64,000 nt of DNA, filler included, from Octopus bimaculoides (GCF_001194135.2; 5 parts of 5 records of this genome joined end to end with filler, not necessarily neighbours in it), one strand, 5' to 3'. Positions 38,762-49,847 are shown, counted from the first letter of the whole stretch. Notes: generated by a model not told the origin, from the sequence alone. Numbers and translations are program-made.

Positions 38762-39298
38762 ACTAAACTCTGCTTGTGAAGACCTGTTGGGGCAAGTGAA
38801 ATCGAAATCGTAATTGAACCATATTCGATGACCGGCACCTGTGCCAGTGGAGCACTAACAGCACCGTCCGAGCGTGATTATTGCCAGAGCAGCTGTCTGG
38901 CTTCTGTGCTGGTGGCATGTAAACAGCACCAGCGTCATTGTTACCAACGTCACCTTCCTGGCACTTGTGCCAGTGGCACGTGAAAAGACATTCGAGCGAG
39001 ATCGTTGCCAGTGCCGATGGACTGGCTCCTGTGCAGGTGACATGTAAATTACACCATTTCGAGCGTGGCCGTCGCCAGTACCCGCCTGACTGGCTCTTGT
39101 GCCGGTGGCACGTAAAAGCACCCACTACACTCTTGGAGTGGTTGGCGTTAGGAAGGGTATCCAGCTGTAGAAACTCTGCCAAATCAGATTGGGGCCTGGT
39201 GTCGCCTCCTGGTCCACCAGTCCTCAGTCAAATCGTCCAACTCATGCTAGTATGGAAAGCAGACATTAAACGACGTTGGTGATGATGATGATGATGAG
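38762..39298 (+). mobile_element. Non-autonomous retro-element, family D, with internal tandem units and a (GAT)n tail
   Basis: About 5 internal units containing gtgcc-N3-ggcac. The 3' part ggttggcgttaggaagggtatccagctgtagaaactctgcc...ttaaacgacg..(gat)n resembles RTE-type SINE/LINE tails (inference). Confidence 0.8.
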
Positions 39299-39590
39299 GT
39301 ATATATAGTAGTAAATCTACCCATCTACGAAGGAGGCATAAAATGAGGGTGGGAATTGCAAAATATGTAAATGGACTTGAAAGATTACTGGGTGTGGTCT
39401 TGGAGAAATGACATTATTGTTAGTGATACAGCATTTTATTGCAGCTATATGACATGTGTTTGTGACTGAGTGACATGTGATGATGATTCACTTCTGAACC
39501 GAAATAGCTTCCCAGCCTCTGTATCATGAATGGTTATGTGAACTACTCCTAACGAAAACCAGACCTTCTTTTGACTACTACATATTAAGT

Positions 39591-39808
39591 ATTCTTTTCT
39601 ACTCTAGGCACAAGGCCCAAAATTTGTGGGGGTGGGGACCAGTCGATTAGATCGACTCCAGTATGCAACTGGTACTTAATTTATTGACTCCAAAAGGACG
39701 AAAAGCAAAGTCGACCTCGGCAGAATTTGAACTCAGAACGTAAAGACAGACGAAATACAGCTAAGCATTTCACCCGGCACACTGACAACCCAGCCAGCTC
39801 GTCGCCTA
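39591..39808 (-). mobile_element. SINE family A, full length
   Basis: ttcttttctactctaggcacaaggccc...aaagtcgacctcggcagaatttgaactcagaacgtaaagac...gccagctcgtcgcct. Confidence 0.88.
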
Positions 39809-40124
39809 ATTACAGAATATTATTAAGAAAGGAATGTTAATTAGATATACTTTTATTTTAGTTGTTTACACTATTTTACGCTTGTTTATAATCTTATACA
39901 TCCAAAGTTTACAAATTTCTTTATGTAAGTTATGAATCACATTGCTTTTGATAATATCAATGATTACAAAACTTCTAGATGTATTTATCTCTCGTTTGTA
40001 TGTTATTTGCACCGTTGGTGACGTCCTCTGCCCATATATGCATGTTTATGTATATATATAATATAATATTATTTATTTATTTAATTGAACACGACACATC
40101 TATTTCCAAGTAAGTTTATCTTCA

Positions 40125-40171
<47 letters not shown>

Positions 40172-41254
40172 NNNNNNNNNNNNNNNNNNNNNNNNNNNNN
40201 NNNNNNNNNNNNNNNNNNNNNNNNNNNNNNNNNNNNNNNNNNNNNNNNNNNNNNNNNNNNNNNNNNNNNNNNNNNNNNNNNNNNNNNNNNNNNNNNNNNN
40301 NNNNNNNNNNNNNNNNNNNNNNNNNNNNNNNNNNNNNNNNNNNNNNNNNNNNNNNNNNNNNNNNNNNNNNNNNNNNNNNNNNNNNNNNNNNNNNNNNNNN
40401 NNNNNNNNNNNNNNNNNNNNNNNNNNNNNNNNNNNNNNNNNNNNNNNNNNNNNNNNNNNNNNNNNNNNNNNNNNNNNNNNNNNNNNNNNNNNNNNNNNNN
40501 NNNNNNNNNNNNNNNNNNNNNNNNNNNNNNNNNNNNNNNNNNNNNNNNNNNNNNNNNNNNNNNNNNNNNNNNNNNNNNNNNNNNNNNNNNNNNNNNNNNN
40601 NNNNNNNNNNNNNNNNNNNNNNNNNNNNNNNNNNNNNNNNNNNNNNNNNNNNNNNNNNNNNNNNNNNNNNNNNNNNNNNNNNNNNNNNNNNNNNNNNNNN
40701 NNNNNNNNNNNNNNNNNNNNNNNNNNNNNNNNNNNNNNNNNNNNNNNNNNNNNNNNNNNNNNNNNNNNNNNNNNNNNNNNNNNNNNNNNNNNNNNNNNNN
40801 NNNNNNNNNNNNNNNNNNNNNNNNNNNNNNNNNNNNNNNNNNNNNNNNNNNAAAACCGGAATAATGAACTTAAATAGCACCCATCCTACATCCCCTTACA
40901 GGAAGACCAACACAACTTCAACTAAAACATAAGGCTTTCTTTACCTATCGATATTATTACACCACCATATACATTAATATACCCACCAATCACTTCTCCT
41001 ACATCCCTCGCACAACGAACTCTTAACATACTCCTCAACATTCTGATGAGATCTGCCAAACCATTGGCTAGATTGAAACGTACGTAAATGACTATTACAT
41101 AACATTCACAATGACTCACTACATAACCCCAACCTCCACAATGACTCATTACATAACCTCCACGCAATAAAACAACGGCTAACTAGCCCAACAGAATTGC
41201 TTCTTCTTGTATTTGTTGCTCCTTTCTCCACATAAATATATATATATATACATA

Positions 41255-41392
41255 TCATCATCATCTTTTAACATCCGTTGTCCATGCTGGCATGGGTTGG
41301 ATGATTTGACCAGCTAAGGGGCTGCACCAGATTCCAGTCTGATTTGGTATGGTTTCTATAGCTAGATGCCCTTCCTAACATCAACCGCTCTG
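41255..41392 (-). mobile_element. Family D 3' tail fragment
   Basis: (cat)n...ttaacatccgttgtccatgctggcatgggttgg...gatgcccttcctaacatcaacc. Confidence 0.75.
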
Positions 41393-41394
41393 AA

Positions 41395-42008
41395 CAAAAC
41401 TGGTCTACCAATCTCTTTATGCAAGATATTGATATAAAGTTGCAGCACTTTATGATAGTCATGCACAACATATACAGTAAGTTTGCTCCAGAGAGATTGC
41501 CAAACCAACAGGAAAATATAATTCCCATGGTCAGAAGTATTCTAATGAGACGACAAGCAAAAATCTCAAATTGTCTAAATGGGTCACCAAAGGATAATAA
41601 ACGATCCCATCTCAAAAAGACATTGCTTGAAGTTGAAAATGAACTCAACAGTCCCATGAAAAGGAGAGGACAGAAAAAAAGGCTGGGCCATCAAAAATAT
41701 TAAATCAAACCAGGATCAACCAGGTATCGTCGTCGCCTTTTCGTTGTTGATCGGTGAGCGGAATGAGGGACACGGTCACAAGGGCGGAACGCCGCGACGT
41801 CGCCCACCACCGTCACTGCGCGAGAAAAACGAGATATGCAAAAGAGTCTGCTTCAGTATGGTACAAGATAGGGCTGTTGTCCAATGAAAATGGCTCCCCA
41901 ACTACATCTCAAACCAGAGGATCAGTGAAATACTGAATATGTAATACAAGAGTATTTCCACCACTCCATTGAGGCACTTGCAAGTTGCTACGCCTGATGA
42001 GTTCTCTG
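41395..42008 (+). mobile_element. CR1-like LINE ORF2, segment 1 (EN-RT linker), interrupted by an rDNA insert
   Basis: Frames give DIDIKLQHF..., PMVRSILMRRQAKIS, IKNIKSN(P) | RYAKESASVWYKIGLL...ISEILN, matching the CR1 linker motif IK.NPK.FY.Y.K. Confidence 0.75.
41711..41831 (-). rRNA. rDNA-derived fragment: putative 3' end of the 5'ETS plus the first 16 nt of 18S rRNA (non-functional insert)
   Basis: The reverse complement of 41711-41726 is TACCTGGTTGATCCTG, the conserved eukaryotic 18S 5' end. On the minus strand it is preceded by about 105 nt of GC/CpG-rich sequence unlike the AT-rich surroundings. ETS identity is inferred from position. Confidence 0.75.
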
Positions 42009-42974
42009 GTACCATAGCTCTACACAAAGAAATGGCAATTATTGCTATATATCTTGGTGTTGGATATATATTTTAACGAAGCCAGGGAAAAGAAAGTTTT
42101 CACGTAACACACTACGATTACTGTTACATGAGGTTGTAGCATGGCGTCAAATTCATAACAGCCAGCAATATGATGTAATGTCGTATTGCCGAGGAAATAT
42201 GATTGTCGTTTTCCCATTGGTTGAAATAACTGTTCATATTTGAATTCTGAGAATTAGTAAAAGAATATTTTTATGAAATATTCTTGAAAGTCAAGTTGAG
42301 CAGTTATAAAAACCCTGGATTTTGGGGAAAACTTTAGTGTCTGTGGTTGTCTAAATTAATCCACGTCATTCAAATCCAGAGTAATGGTTGTTACCATGAG
42401 AAATATTCTTTAAAAGTCCGACACCTATTTTGCTTGTCATGTTTCAATAGTTAAGCCTAGAATTAGTTAGAAAAACTATATATGTAATAATGTATATAAA
42501 TAAAATATATAAAATGATATTTCATCTTTCTTCAATTCTTCCCAACCTGTTTAACATATTTAATTCTGTTTAATAATCTGTAACGTTTTTTTTTATAGCG
42601 GTACGTAATAAGGACACGATCTTCAACATACATTTTCATAAGACATATAGGTGTACATTAGCGTCTGTACAAGACTTACACTAACATGACGTACATTTTA
42701 ACTTGAGAGATAATACTTATTGATATCCTTTACAAGTTAAGCGACGGCTTTATCAATATCAACTTTCACTCAAGACAATTAAAATATACACTCATAAGTG
42801 TGTGTAAAATAAGCAGTCTTAAAATAACAATTATTTCAACTACTATAAATGTTGTAGAAAAACTGGTGACTACTAATAAAAACCATTATAAGGTTAAACA
42901 CTCTCTGCCAACGGCTCGTAGTGAACTGCTTACCCCTTATTGCTCACAGTTCTGTTTTATAGCAATGTGTCAGT

Positions 42975-43206
42975 TCACTTTTAGTCACATGGGGGTGGTT
43001 GGAATCCTTCCACAACATATTCATAGCATCAAAATAGAGGAAACAGATGTAATATTAGCCGTTGATGAAATGAGCTCAAGCTCAGCCACAGGCCCTGATA
43101 GATTTCCAGCAATCCTCTTAAAGAAAAGCAAAGGGGCTTTAGCAAGTCCACTTCAGATTCTCTTCCAGAGCTTCCTCGAAACTGAGAGACTTCTCAAAAA
43201 GTTAAA
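42975..43206 (+). mobile_element. CR1-like LINE ORF2, segment 2 (start of RT)
   Basis: IHSIKIEETDVILAVDEMSSSSATGPDRFPAILLKKSKGALASPLQILFQSFLET (GPD.FP..LLK motif). Confidence 0.9.
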
Positions 43207-43622
43207 GGCATAGGAGTGGCTGTGTGGTAAGTAGCTTGCTTACCAGCCACATGGTCCCGAGTTCAGTCCCACTGCATGGCATCTTGAGCAAGTGTCTTCT
43301 ACTATAGCCTCGGACCGACCAAAGCCTTGTGAGTGGATTTGGTAGACGGAAACTGAAAAAAGCCCATCGTATATATGTATATATATATGTATGTATGTAT
43401 GTGTTTGTGTGTCTGTGTTTGTCCCCCCCAACATCGCTTGACAACTGATGCTGGTGTGTTTACGTCCCCGTAACTTAGCAGTTCGGCAAAAGAGACTGAT
43501 AGAATAAGTACTAGGCTTCTAAAGAATAAGTCCTGGGGTCGATTTGCTCGACTAAAGGTGGTGCTCCAGCATGGCCACAGTCAAAAGACTGAAACAAGTA
43601 AAAGAGTAAAAGAGTAAAGAGA
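43207..43622 (+). mobile_element. SINE family B, full length, inserted into the LINE RT
   Basis: A box tggctgtgtgg, B box gagttcagtccc, CORE-like catcttgagcaagtgtctt, internal (TA)/(TATG)/(TG), 3' stem-loop cagtc-aaaa-gactg, (agtaaaag)n tail. May correspond to a published octopus SINE (OK/OR1/OR2); not verifiable here. Confidence 0.92.
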
Positions 43623-45072
43623 ATGCCTAATATGCCCCATCGATAAGGGAGGTAACAGAGCAGTTGCTAAAAATTATAGACCTGTCTCTCTAATCTCATA
43701 TCAGCAGTCATGGAACGCATTGTCAGGAAGAGACTCACTGCATTCCTCGAAGATAATGACTCACTTCCTGGCACTCATCAGGAAGAAGCTGCCTTACATA
43801 GGTTTTGCAGCGCTCTGACTGAGTATTGAAGCAATTAATGAATCACTCAAATGTGGATGTGATATATTTTGACTTTGTAAAGACCTTTGATAAGGTTCAT
43901 CATGGGATGATATGTCACAAACTATAGAGAGTCAGTATAGCTGGGAAACTTGGAGAGTGGTTGCATGACTTCTTAAAAGACTGAAGCCAGGCTGTGGCAG
44001 CCAATGGGGCCCTCTCCAGGAAGGCAGTAATAGAGAGTTGGGGCCGCTGCTGCTCATGGTGGCTCTTTCAGGCATGCCATCAGTTACGCACAACGCCATA
44101 CTTACTAGCTATGCTGATGACACAAAAGTAGTACAAGCAGTCAAGGAACCTTCTGAAGCTTATCTTCTACAGAAAGACCTAGATGCCATATATAAATGGC
44201 CTGAGGAAAACAACATGCAATTCAATGCTGGCAAATTCCAAGCCCTCCCCTACCAGTTAATTGGTGCTTAGAAACCGCAACGATACTTTGAAGGAAAAGG
44301 AGTGGCAATCCTAGAATCACATACTGTGTGTCATCTCAGGATTGACATGAGCAATGATGCCTCATTTCATATGCATATCACCAAGTGATATGCATGTGCG
44401 CATGCGAATGATTGGGTGTATTTTGGGAACGTACAGAACAAAAGACTAGAAACTATGCTGGTTCTATGGAGGACATTTGTCCTTAGCCGTCTGGACTATT
44501 GCTCTCAACTGTGGTCACCCTACAGTGTCAGGTTAATAACAAAACTTGAGGCAATTCAGCGATGTTACACATGGAAGATTGCATCAATGGAACAGCTGAA
44601 CTACTAGGAGAGACTGAAAGAGCTACAACTCTACTCCTTGGAGCAAAGACGGGAGAGGTGTGCAGGGATATATGTACAGAAGATCTTGGAGGGGCTGGCA
44701 CAGAACTTCGGAACTGATAGCTATACCAGACACCAAACTGGACGTCTCTGCACTGTTCCCAGCTATCTCATTTAGAGTCAGGACCATGTACTGTAACAGC
44801 ATAAGATCCAAGGGTCTGCAGCTATTTAATACTTTGCCAAAACATCCGAGGGATTTTCATGGAGTGGGTGGGGAGTAGATATTTTCAAGAAACAACTAGA
44901 CCTCCCGCAATCCAAGGTCCCAGATAAACCAATATCAAAGCAGGAGACTCAAAAGAGGGTAGCAGTGTTGAACTCCCTCCATCTCCAAAAGTTAATCACA
45001 TAAGATTGTCTATTGAAAAGCTGATTATATAGGTGGTGCCCCAGCATGGCCACAGCCTTAGGGCTGAAATGT
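43623..45072 (+). mobile_element. CR1-like LINE ORF2, segment 3 (RT core to 3' end), degenerate
   Basis: ICPIDKGGNRAVAKNYRPVSL, DVIYFDFVKTFDKVHHG, GPLLLMVALSGMP...SYADDTKV, FVLSRLDYCSQLWSPY...KLEAIQR, LYSLEQRRER, VDIFKKQLDL. The GVPQG region is deleted and there are several stops and frameshifts. Confidence 0.93.
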
Positions 45073-45214
45073 ATATCCAATTAAATATAATTGATAATGT
45101 AGAATTGAACAAAAATTCAACTAGAAATAGAGGAAATATAGCATCATATGAAAGAGTAAATAGTAATAAAAAAACTCAGTAGAAACTAATTTGATTTTAA
45201 TTTGTTGTTGTTTG

Positions 45215-45488
45215 TTCCTTCTCAAGTCACGCCTGGCTCATAAGGGCCGGTTTCATTGGCATATAATTTCCCCACCTGGACGGGACGCCGATCCATCACA
45301 AGTGAGCTGCTAGATGCAGGAGGAAAGAGTGAGAGAAAGTTGTGGCAAAAGAGTCAGCAGAAGTTCAAGCCACGTGGAACTTAGGTGTTTCGCTCATATA
45401 CACACACATCGCTCGGTCTGAGATTCGAACCCGTGATCCCTCGCCCGTGAGTCCACTGCTTTAACCACTAGACCATGTGCCTCCACGA
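45215..45488 (-). mobile_element. tRNA-derived SINE (separate family)
   Basis: Minus strand: gtggaggcacatggtctagtggttaaagcagtggactcacgggcgagggatcacgggttcgaatctcagacc (A and B boxes), followed by a non-tRNA body. Confidence 0.75.
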
Positions 45489-45591
45489 TTTTACCATGAA
45501 TGACCAAAATAATACTCAGTCCGACAACAATATAAAAAATTATCTCTGCAATTATTCTAAACGGAACTTATGTTATGTGAATAGTGAATCA

Positions 45592-45985
45592 TCATCATCG
45601 TTTAACATCCGCTTTCCATGCTAGCATGGGTTGGACGATTTGACTGAGGACTGGTGAACCAAATGGCTACACCAGGTTCCAATCTGATTTGGCAGAGTTT
45701 CTACAGCTGGATGCCCTTCCTAATGCCAACCACTCCGAGAGTGTAGTGGGTGCTTTTAACATGCCACCGGCACGAAGGCCACTCAGGCGGTACTGGCAAC
45801 AGCCACACTCAAATGATGTCTTTTACGTGCCACCTGCACAGGAGCCTGTCCAGCAGCACTGGCGATGATCTCGCTCAAATGTTTTTCCACGTGCCACCGG
45901 CACAAGTGCCAGTAAGGCGACGCTGGTAACGATCATGCTCAAATGGTGCTCTTTACATGCCACTGGCACGGAAGCCAGACATGAA
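45592..45985 (-). mobile_element. Family D element
   Basis: Reverse-complement homologue of 38900-39298, including the gtgcc-N3-ggcac units and the (cat)n tail. Confidence 0.85.
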
Positions 45986-45989
45986 ACTA

Positions 45990-46177
45990 AAAATCTAATA
46001 CAGTTCTATATTCAAGAGATGAGGAATTACATGCATTATTTACATTTGACAGATATTTGTCCTCATCTTGTTTGTTGCTAACACAATGTTTTGGCTGATA
46101 TACCCTCCAGCCTTCATCAGATGTCTTGGGGAAATTTTGAACCTGAGTTCTCATTCCTAAGGTATTTTTCGATGTTG

Positions 46178-46185
<8 letters not shown>
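45990..46185. mobile_element. Probable Penelope-like terminal repeat ending in (TTA)n
   Basis: acaatgttttggctgatataccctccagccttcatcagatgtc (reverse complement ctgatgaaggctggagggtatatcagcc..aaac). The assignment is an inference. Confidence 0.45.
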
Positions 46186-46218
<33 letters not shown>

Positions 46219-46288
46219 GAGTGAGAGAGCAGTACATGCCATCAAAGTGACACTGGGGTAAAATATACGAAGCCCAATATACCCATCA
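46219..46288 (-). mobile_element. 3' end of an (AAT)n-associated element (same family as 62612-63330)
   Basis: Reverse complement matches 63255-63330 (tgatgggtatattgggcttcgtatattttaccccagtgtcactttgatggcatg.actgctctctcac) and abuts (TTA)n. Confidence 0.8.
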
Positions 46289-46410
46289 NNNNNNNNNNNN
46301 NNNNNNNNNNNNNNNNNNNNNNNNNNNNNNNNTTAATTAATTAANNNNNNNNNNNNNNNNNNNNNNNNNNNNNNNNNNNNNNNNNNNNAATAATAATAAT
46401 AATAATAATG

Positions 46411-46486
<76 letters not shown>

Positions 46487-46494
46487 CAATAATA

Positions 46495-46680
46495 ATCCTT
46501 TCTATCACAGGCACAAGGCCTGAAATTTTGAGGAAGGGAGAAGTCTGTTGGATCGACCCCAGTGCTCAAATGGTACTTATTTCGTCGACCTCGAAATTAT
46601 GAATGGCAAAGTCCACCTCAGCAGAATTTGAACTCAGAACGTAAAGACAGACAAAATGCTACCAAGCATTTCGCCCAATA
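46495..46680 (-). mobile_element. SINE family A with a long (AAT)n tail at 46389-46494
   Basis: aatcctttctatcacaggcacaaggcctgaaatttt...gaatttgaactcagaacgtaaagacagac. Confidence 0.85.
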
Positions 46681-47710
46681 ATAATAAGACTGCATAAACT
46701 TTACGTCCCCATCTCTTTGGTATCGAATAGACTAAAGAGGTGCCGGTCATACCACGAGGTAGAATTCATTCGACTAAGAATGAAACATCTCTTAAGAGTG
46801 AACGTAGTAATAAGCATGCACATACACAAGAGAAGGGGATACAGATTCAAATAACATACATTTATACACACTTATACTAACACTCGCATGTATGTATGTG
46901 TGAATATATATATATNNNNNNNNNNNNNNNNNNNNNNNNNNNNNNNNNNNNNNNNNNNNNNNNNNNNNNNNNNNNNNNNNNNNNNNNNNNNNNNNNNNNN
47001 NNNNNNNNNNNNNNNNNNNNNNNNNNNNNNNNNNNNNNNNNNNNNNNNNNNNNNNNNNNNNNNNNNNNNNNNNNNNNNNNNNNNNNNNNNNNNNNNNNNN
47101 NNNNNNNNNNNNNNNNNNNNNNNNNNNNNNNNNNNNNNNNNNNNNNNNNNNNNNNNNNNNNNNNNNNNNNNNNNNNNNNNNNNNNNNNNNNNNNNNNNNN
47201 NNNNNNNNNNNNNNNNNNNNNNNNNNNNNNNNNNNNNNNNNNNNNNNNNNNNNNNNNNNNNNNNNNNNNNNNNNNNNNNNNNNNNNNNNNNNNNNNNNNN
47301 NNNNNNNNNNNNNNNNNNNNNNNNNNNNNNNNNNNNNNNNNNNNNNNNNNNNNNNNNNNNNNNNNNNNNNNNNNNNNNNNNNNNNNNNNNNNNNNNNNNN
47401 NNNNNNNNNNNNNNNNNNNNNNNNNNNNNNNNNNNNNNNNNNNNNNNNNNNNNNNNNNNNNNNNNNNNNNNNNNNNNNNNNNNNNNNNNNNNNNNNNNNN
47501 NNNNNNNNNNNNNNNNNNNNNNNNNNNNNNNNNNNNNNNNNNNNNNNNNNNNNNNNNNNNNNNNNNNNNNNNNNNNNNNNNNNNNNNNNNNNNNNNNNNN
47601 NNNNNNNNNNNNNNNNNNNNNNNNNNNNNNNNNNNNNNNNNNNNNNNNNNNNNNNNNNNNNNNNNNNNNNNNNNNNNNNNNNNNNNNNNNNNNNNNNNNN
47701 NNNNNNCCAT

Positions 47711-47741
<31 letters not shown>

Positions 47742-48325
47742 AGTGTGTGTATGTGTGAGTGTGTGTGTGTGCGTTTGTGTGTGTTTGTGAGTATGTGTGT
47801 GTATGTGTGTGTGTGTGTGTTTGTATGTGTGTGTTTCTGAGTTTGTATGTATGTATATATGTATATGTGAATGTATTTGTCTATAACTATCTTATATATA
47901 TATATATATCTCTCTTTCTCTCTTTCCCTCTCTTACCAGACATANNNNNNNNNNTATATATATATATATATATATATACATATATATACAGAGAGAGAGA
48001 GAGAGAATGAGGCGAAGAGAAGGAAAGTGAGAGAGAGAGAAAGAAAGACAAAAAGAGAGAGAAAGAAAGACAAAAAGAGAGAGAGAGACAGAAAGAGAGG
48101 GAAGGAGAGAGTGTGTAGGATACAGAGGGTTATTAATGTAATTTGCCTCATCGGATTAATTAATTTCGTAATGCATACTGTTATCTCTAAAAGAAACATC
48201 TATATATTATTTTGATGGTTAACTGTATATCAAACTTAACTCTATATGGTACGATGGTACGAAGCAGATAAACCCACTGTCTTAAGGTTACACTGTCACA
48301 TTTGAACTGTGATGATATTGATTTA

Positions 48326-48504
48326 CAGTGGAAGCCGCTTATTGTGATCGCCTCGTGAAGAAACGTTTAGATAACTTCGACCGGCATACTACATTAAGTG
48401 GATGATGTTAAAATATGCTGAGCGTGTTTGCATCACATAAATCTTAATATCAGTAATAACTGTGTGATAATATTGTCAATGATTATAATATGCGGTTTCT
48501 ACTA
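48326..48504. mobile_element. Short MITE (about 179 bp), pogo/Tigger-type TIRs
   Basis: Left ta|CAGTGGAAGCCGCTTATTGTGATC; right TGATTATAATATGCGGTTTCTACTA|tg, an imperfect reverse complement of the left TIR. Confidence 0.65.
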
Positions 48505-48984
48505 TGTTTAGAAGTAATCTGCATTGAACTATGGAGCTCTGATATCCTTTAGCATCTCATCGTGGAAAGCAAAGATTATACTTTATCATAGCTTCCATTT
48601 ATTCATCACTCTCTGTTTTTCTCGTTATATTATATACGTTTATATATTTGTATCTCAGTTCTTTCATCTTTTTGCCGATGTATATCGACGAAGGGCGTGA
48701 GCATCGGCAAGAAGACAGAAAAAGCGCATTGTGTTTTAGAGCAAAGTCCATTTTTACGTTTATTATGCATTGGTTTTAGGAATGACACACGCAGTGAATT
48801 CCGATGAAAGCTCAGTTCCAAAAAGTAAAGGAGTGAAAATGAAAACTCCAGCTATTGAACTTTGTTTTATATCGGATTTTGTAATACCTCAAGATAATAA
48901 TGGGTATAATTCAGGCACAAGTCCAGGAGTTTGGAATGCAGGCGCTAGTCAACTTCAATACTTAACTGAAACTCTTTTGTGACA

Positions 48985-49110
48985 CAGGAAGGATGAAATG
49001 TGAAGTTGACCTCAGCGGAATTCGAACACAGAACATAAGCAACTGGAAGAAATAACGTAAGGTATTTTTTGCTGATGCTTTACCAATTTTGCCTATTTAC
49101 CATCATTTAC
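48985..49110 (-). mobile_element. Degenerate SINE family A
   Basis: gaaggatgaaatgtgaagttgacctcagcggaattcgaacacagaac. Confidence 0.6.
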
Positions 49111-49847
49111 GGCAGCCCACCACGGAGAGATTCGAGCAGAGAACAGGGAGGATCGTAACTAAACGCAAAACAGCATTTTATGTGGTACTCTTACAATTCT
49201 ACGATACACAATGCTTCAGAAAACATAAGGTTTGTGAATACTAAGGAAACTGTGTTTGTGGCTTACCATTCTCTGAAGCTAACTATTATTCTATAATATA
49301 ATGTAAGTTTTATATATGTGTATCTACTAAATGTCAGACGTTGTTTAATAACGCTATGCATTAATGGAAATATAATAGCACTATTTCAGAGATTTAGCAG
49401 TACTACCGACACTGTAAATCGCTGCCTATGGCACTATATATAGACTACAACGAAATATAACTCTTATTATTGTATTTGCCATGGAGATGGTGATATTTCT
49501 GTATATTGTCTGTCACATCAATTGAAAGATATCTTTCATATATTAAATCCTATAACGTGGATACTGTTTCTGTATGTGTTGAATAATTTGGAACCAACAT
49601 TATATAGCTGGTCGATACAACACGTCTAAGAGCGTCGTTGTCGCTCAGGCTGCTAGAAATAGAAGCAGATAAAAGTTATTTTTACACATGCTATACAATT
49701 ACCTTTCCTCAGTCACTTGACGTATTTTGAACTCGTAGTCATTGACACACTATTGTTCCTATATCTAGCAGGTGACTCGGTAGAAACCTACCAAATATAC
49801 TATATCATATTTTATTTATCTTTTTGAATTTGATATATTTACCACCC

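Noticed and set aside
39475-39500. C/D snoRNA boxes (GTGATGA...CTGA)
   Set aside because: The boxes are only about 11 nt apart, with no terminal stem or guide region.
40852-41220. Minus-strand 81-aa ORF with a short triple repeat (aatgact..tacataac)
   Set aside because: No recognisable similarity; composition and the local repeat suggest non-coding or TE-derived DNA.
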